From Trichosphaerium sp. ATCC 40318 (Eukaryota > Protista > Tubulinea): 64,000 nucleotides of DNA. The notes beneath the pieces were generated by a model. It did not search any database, was not told where the DNA came from, and saw only the letters and a list, made by a program, of their open reading frames with translations. The DNA is taken from contig JALMLS010000064.1 of assembly GCA_038496445.1 (NCBI GenBank), forward strand, positions 124,001 to 188,000, in the 5' to 3' direction. Shown here piece by piece: positions 62,945 to 64,000 of this stretch; position 1 is the first letter of the stretch, and the number at the start of each line of letters is the position of its first letter. The position numbers and the translations under genes were made by a program.

Positions 62945-64000
62945 TTATGAAGCTTTCTTTGTTGAGGACATTTTATGTACAATTACGACAGAGGCAATAA
63001 GTAATCCAACAACATCTTCATGTGCCATAACGCGGACGCCTTTTGTAGGTGTTAACAAAAAAATGAGAAGAAAATCAAAAAAAAATGTTGTCGCACTCAG
63101 TTCTTTTTCAGAATCACGTGTCATCGTGGCTATCACCCTCGGACCTCTATCTACACGTCTTGATAGATAAATCAGTTTAAAAAGCATTCAAGCAAGCAAA
63201 GGATTGGGCGTACCGGACAAATTGAAATCTTGGTTTGTGATGTTTTGTTGAGCCTATTACTTCTATTGAACTACCAGGGCACTCAATTACAAATGATTTT
63301 TCTGTATTCGTCTGTTTAAGTACGCCATATAAGCGTTTAATAGATCCGCTAACAGAAAAAACAGTTAAATATAAACACCAAGACAGGCACCAAAAAGCAA
63401 GTGAACATTGTTCACATATTTTTTCCACTTTCATCGTACCTCCTTAACATAATAGTGTGCTCATTGAACTAGTTATTATCGTCAATTTTACGCACTAATA
63501 TGTAGTTTTGGTGTCATACCTTAAATTTAACAGAGCCAATAACTGTGTTACCCTTTAGGACATCGAGTGCTTTGATTTGTTGTTTCGATATTTGGAACTT
63601 GAAAAGCTTGTTCTTTTGATTATCGGACACACTCGCGTTACCTTTTGTTGGTAAGTGGTAAACGTAAGCAGGTTATGGATGTACCTTTTGAAAGGCCTAC
63701 GCCAAAAGACATATCAGAAGAATAAACAATGCCACCCTGTTGTATCACGTGTTAATACAAAAGAAAAAAAGCAATACGTACGTTGTCCATTGATTTCCTT
63801 GACACTACCTCTTGTACAACAAGTTCGCCCTTTCTAATCACTCAGTAGATGTACAATAATAGGTATAACGTACACAGCGGATTTTTTTTGGTGAATAGAC
63901 TTTGGTGACGGGTGTCTACGCTTTGGAGACTGAGTCCTTCTTTTCGGCTCTTTTAAATTAGTTCGTTAATATTTCTTACAATTAATGTATGTACCTTCAA
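62945..64000 (-). CDS. 3' part of a multi-exon gene, possibly Tubby_C/LURP-one/scramblase-like
   Basis: Beta-rich exons ending GVRVMAHEDVVGLLIASVVIVHKM, like the terminal hydrophobic helix of tubby/scramblase barrels. Truncated by window edge. Confidence 0.45.

Noticed and set aside
1-64000. Fragmented ORFs suggesting pseudogenes or an alternative genetic code; TTG/GTG starts in the ORF track
   Set aside because: The breaks I checked coincide with GT...AG introns that restore the frame, and TAA, TAG and TGA all serve as real stops.

Overview
Gene-dense, intron-rich eukaryotic nuclear DNA, probably from an amoebozoan protist. That assignment is inferred from gene content: an RCC1-DH-RasGEF, CLU-domain families, a non-fungal Zn2Cys6 factor and an unusual myosin. 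Introns are short GT-AG type (mostly about 45-70 nt) and the genetic code is standard, so the ORF track splits each gene into exon fragments. I reconstructed about 22 genes by hand, and exon boundaries are approximate. In order: AP-2 alpha adaptin (partial), TPR/Mlp1, a Ulp2/SENP-type SUMO protease, NUP58, a Cys-less rhodanese, CLU-SAM-TPR-LRR protein 1, a myosin with coiled coil and SH3, a divergent eIF5, VAMP7 with a long luminal mucin-like tail, a UBL protein, RCC1-DH-RasGEF, a Zn2Cys6 factor, CLU-TPR-LRR protein 2, a 2H-EEP-poly(A) polymerase-MJ1316 enzyme, F-box/SPRY, two unknown proteins, an intronless bacterial-type M14 peptidase, an MIT-ZUP1 deubiquitinase, a small membrane-anchored protein, a bHLH, VIT1 and a partial Tubby_C-like gene. 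The best candidates for an undescribed system are the two paralogous CLU-TPR-LRR proteins, whose CLU domains carry kinase-like motifs, and the four-domain RNA end-healing/tailing enzyme. I recognised no rRNA, tRNA, CRISPR array or transposon.
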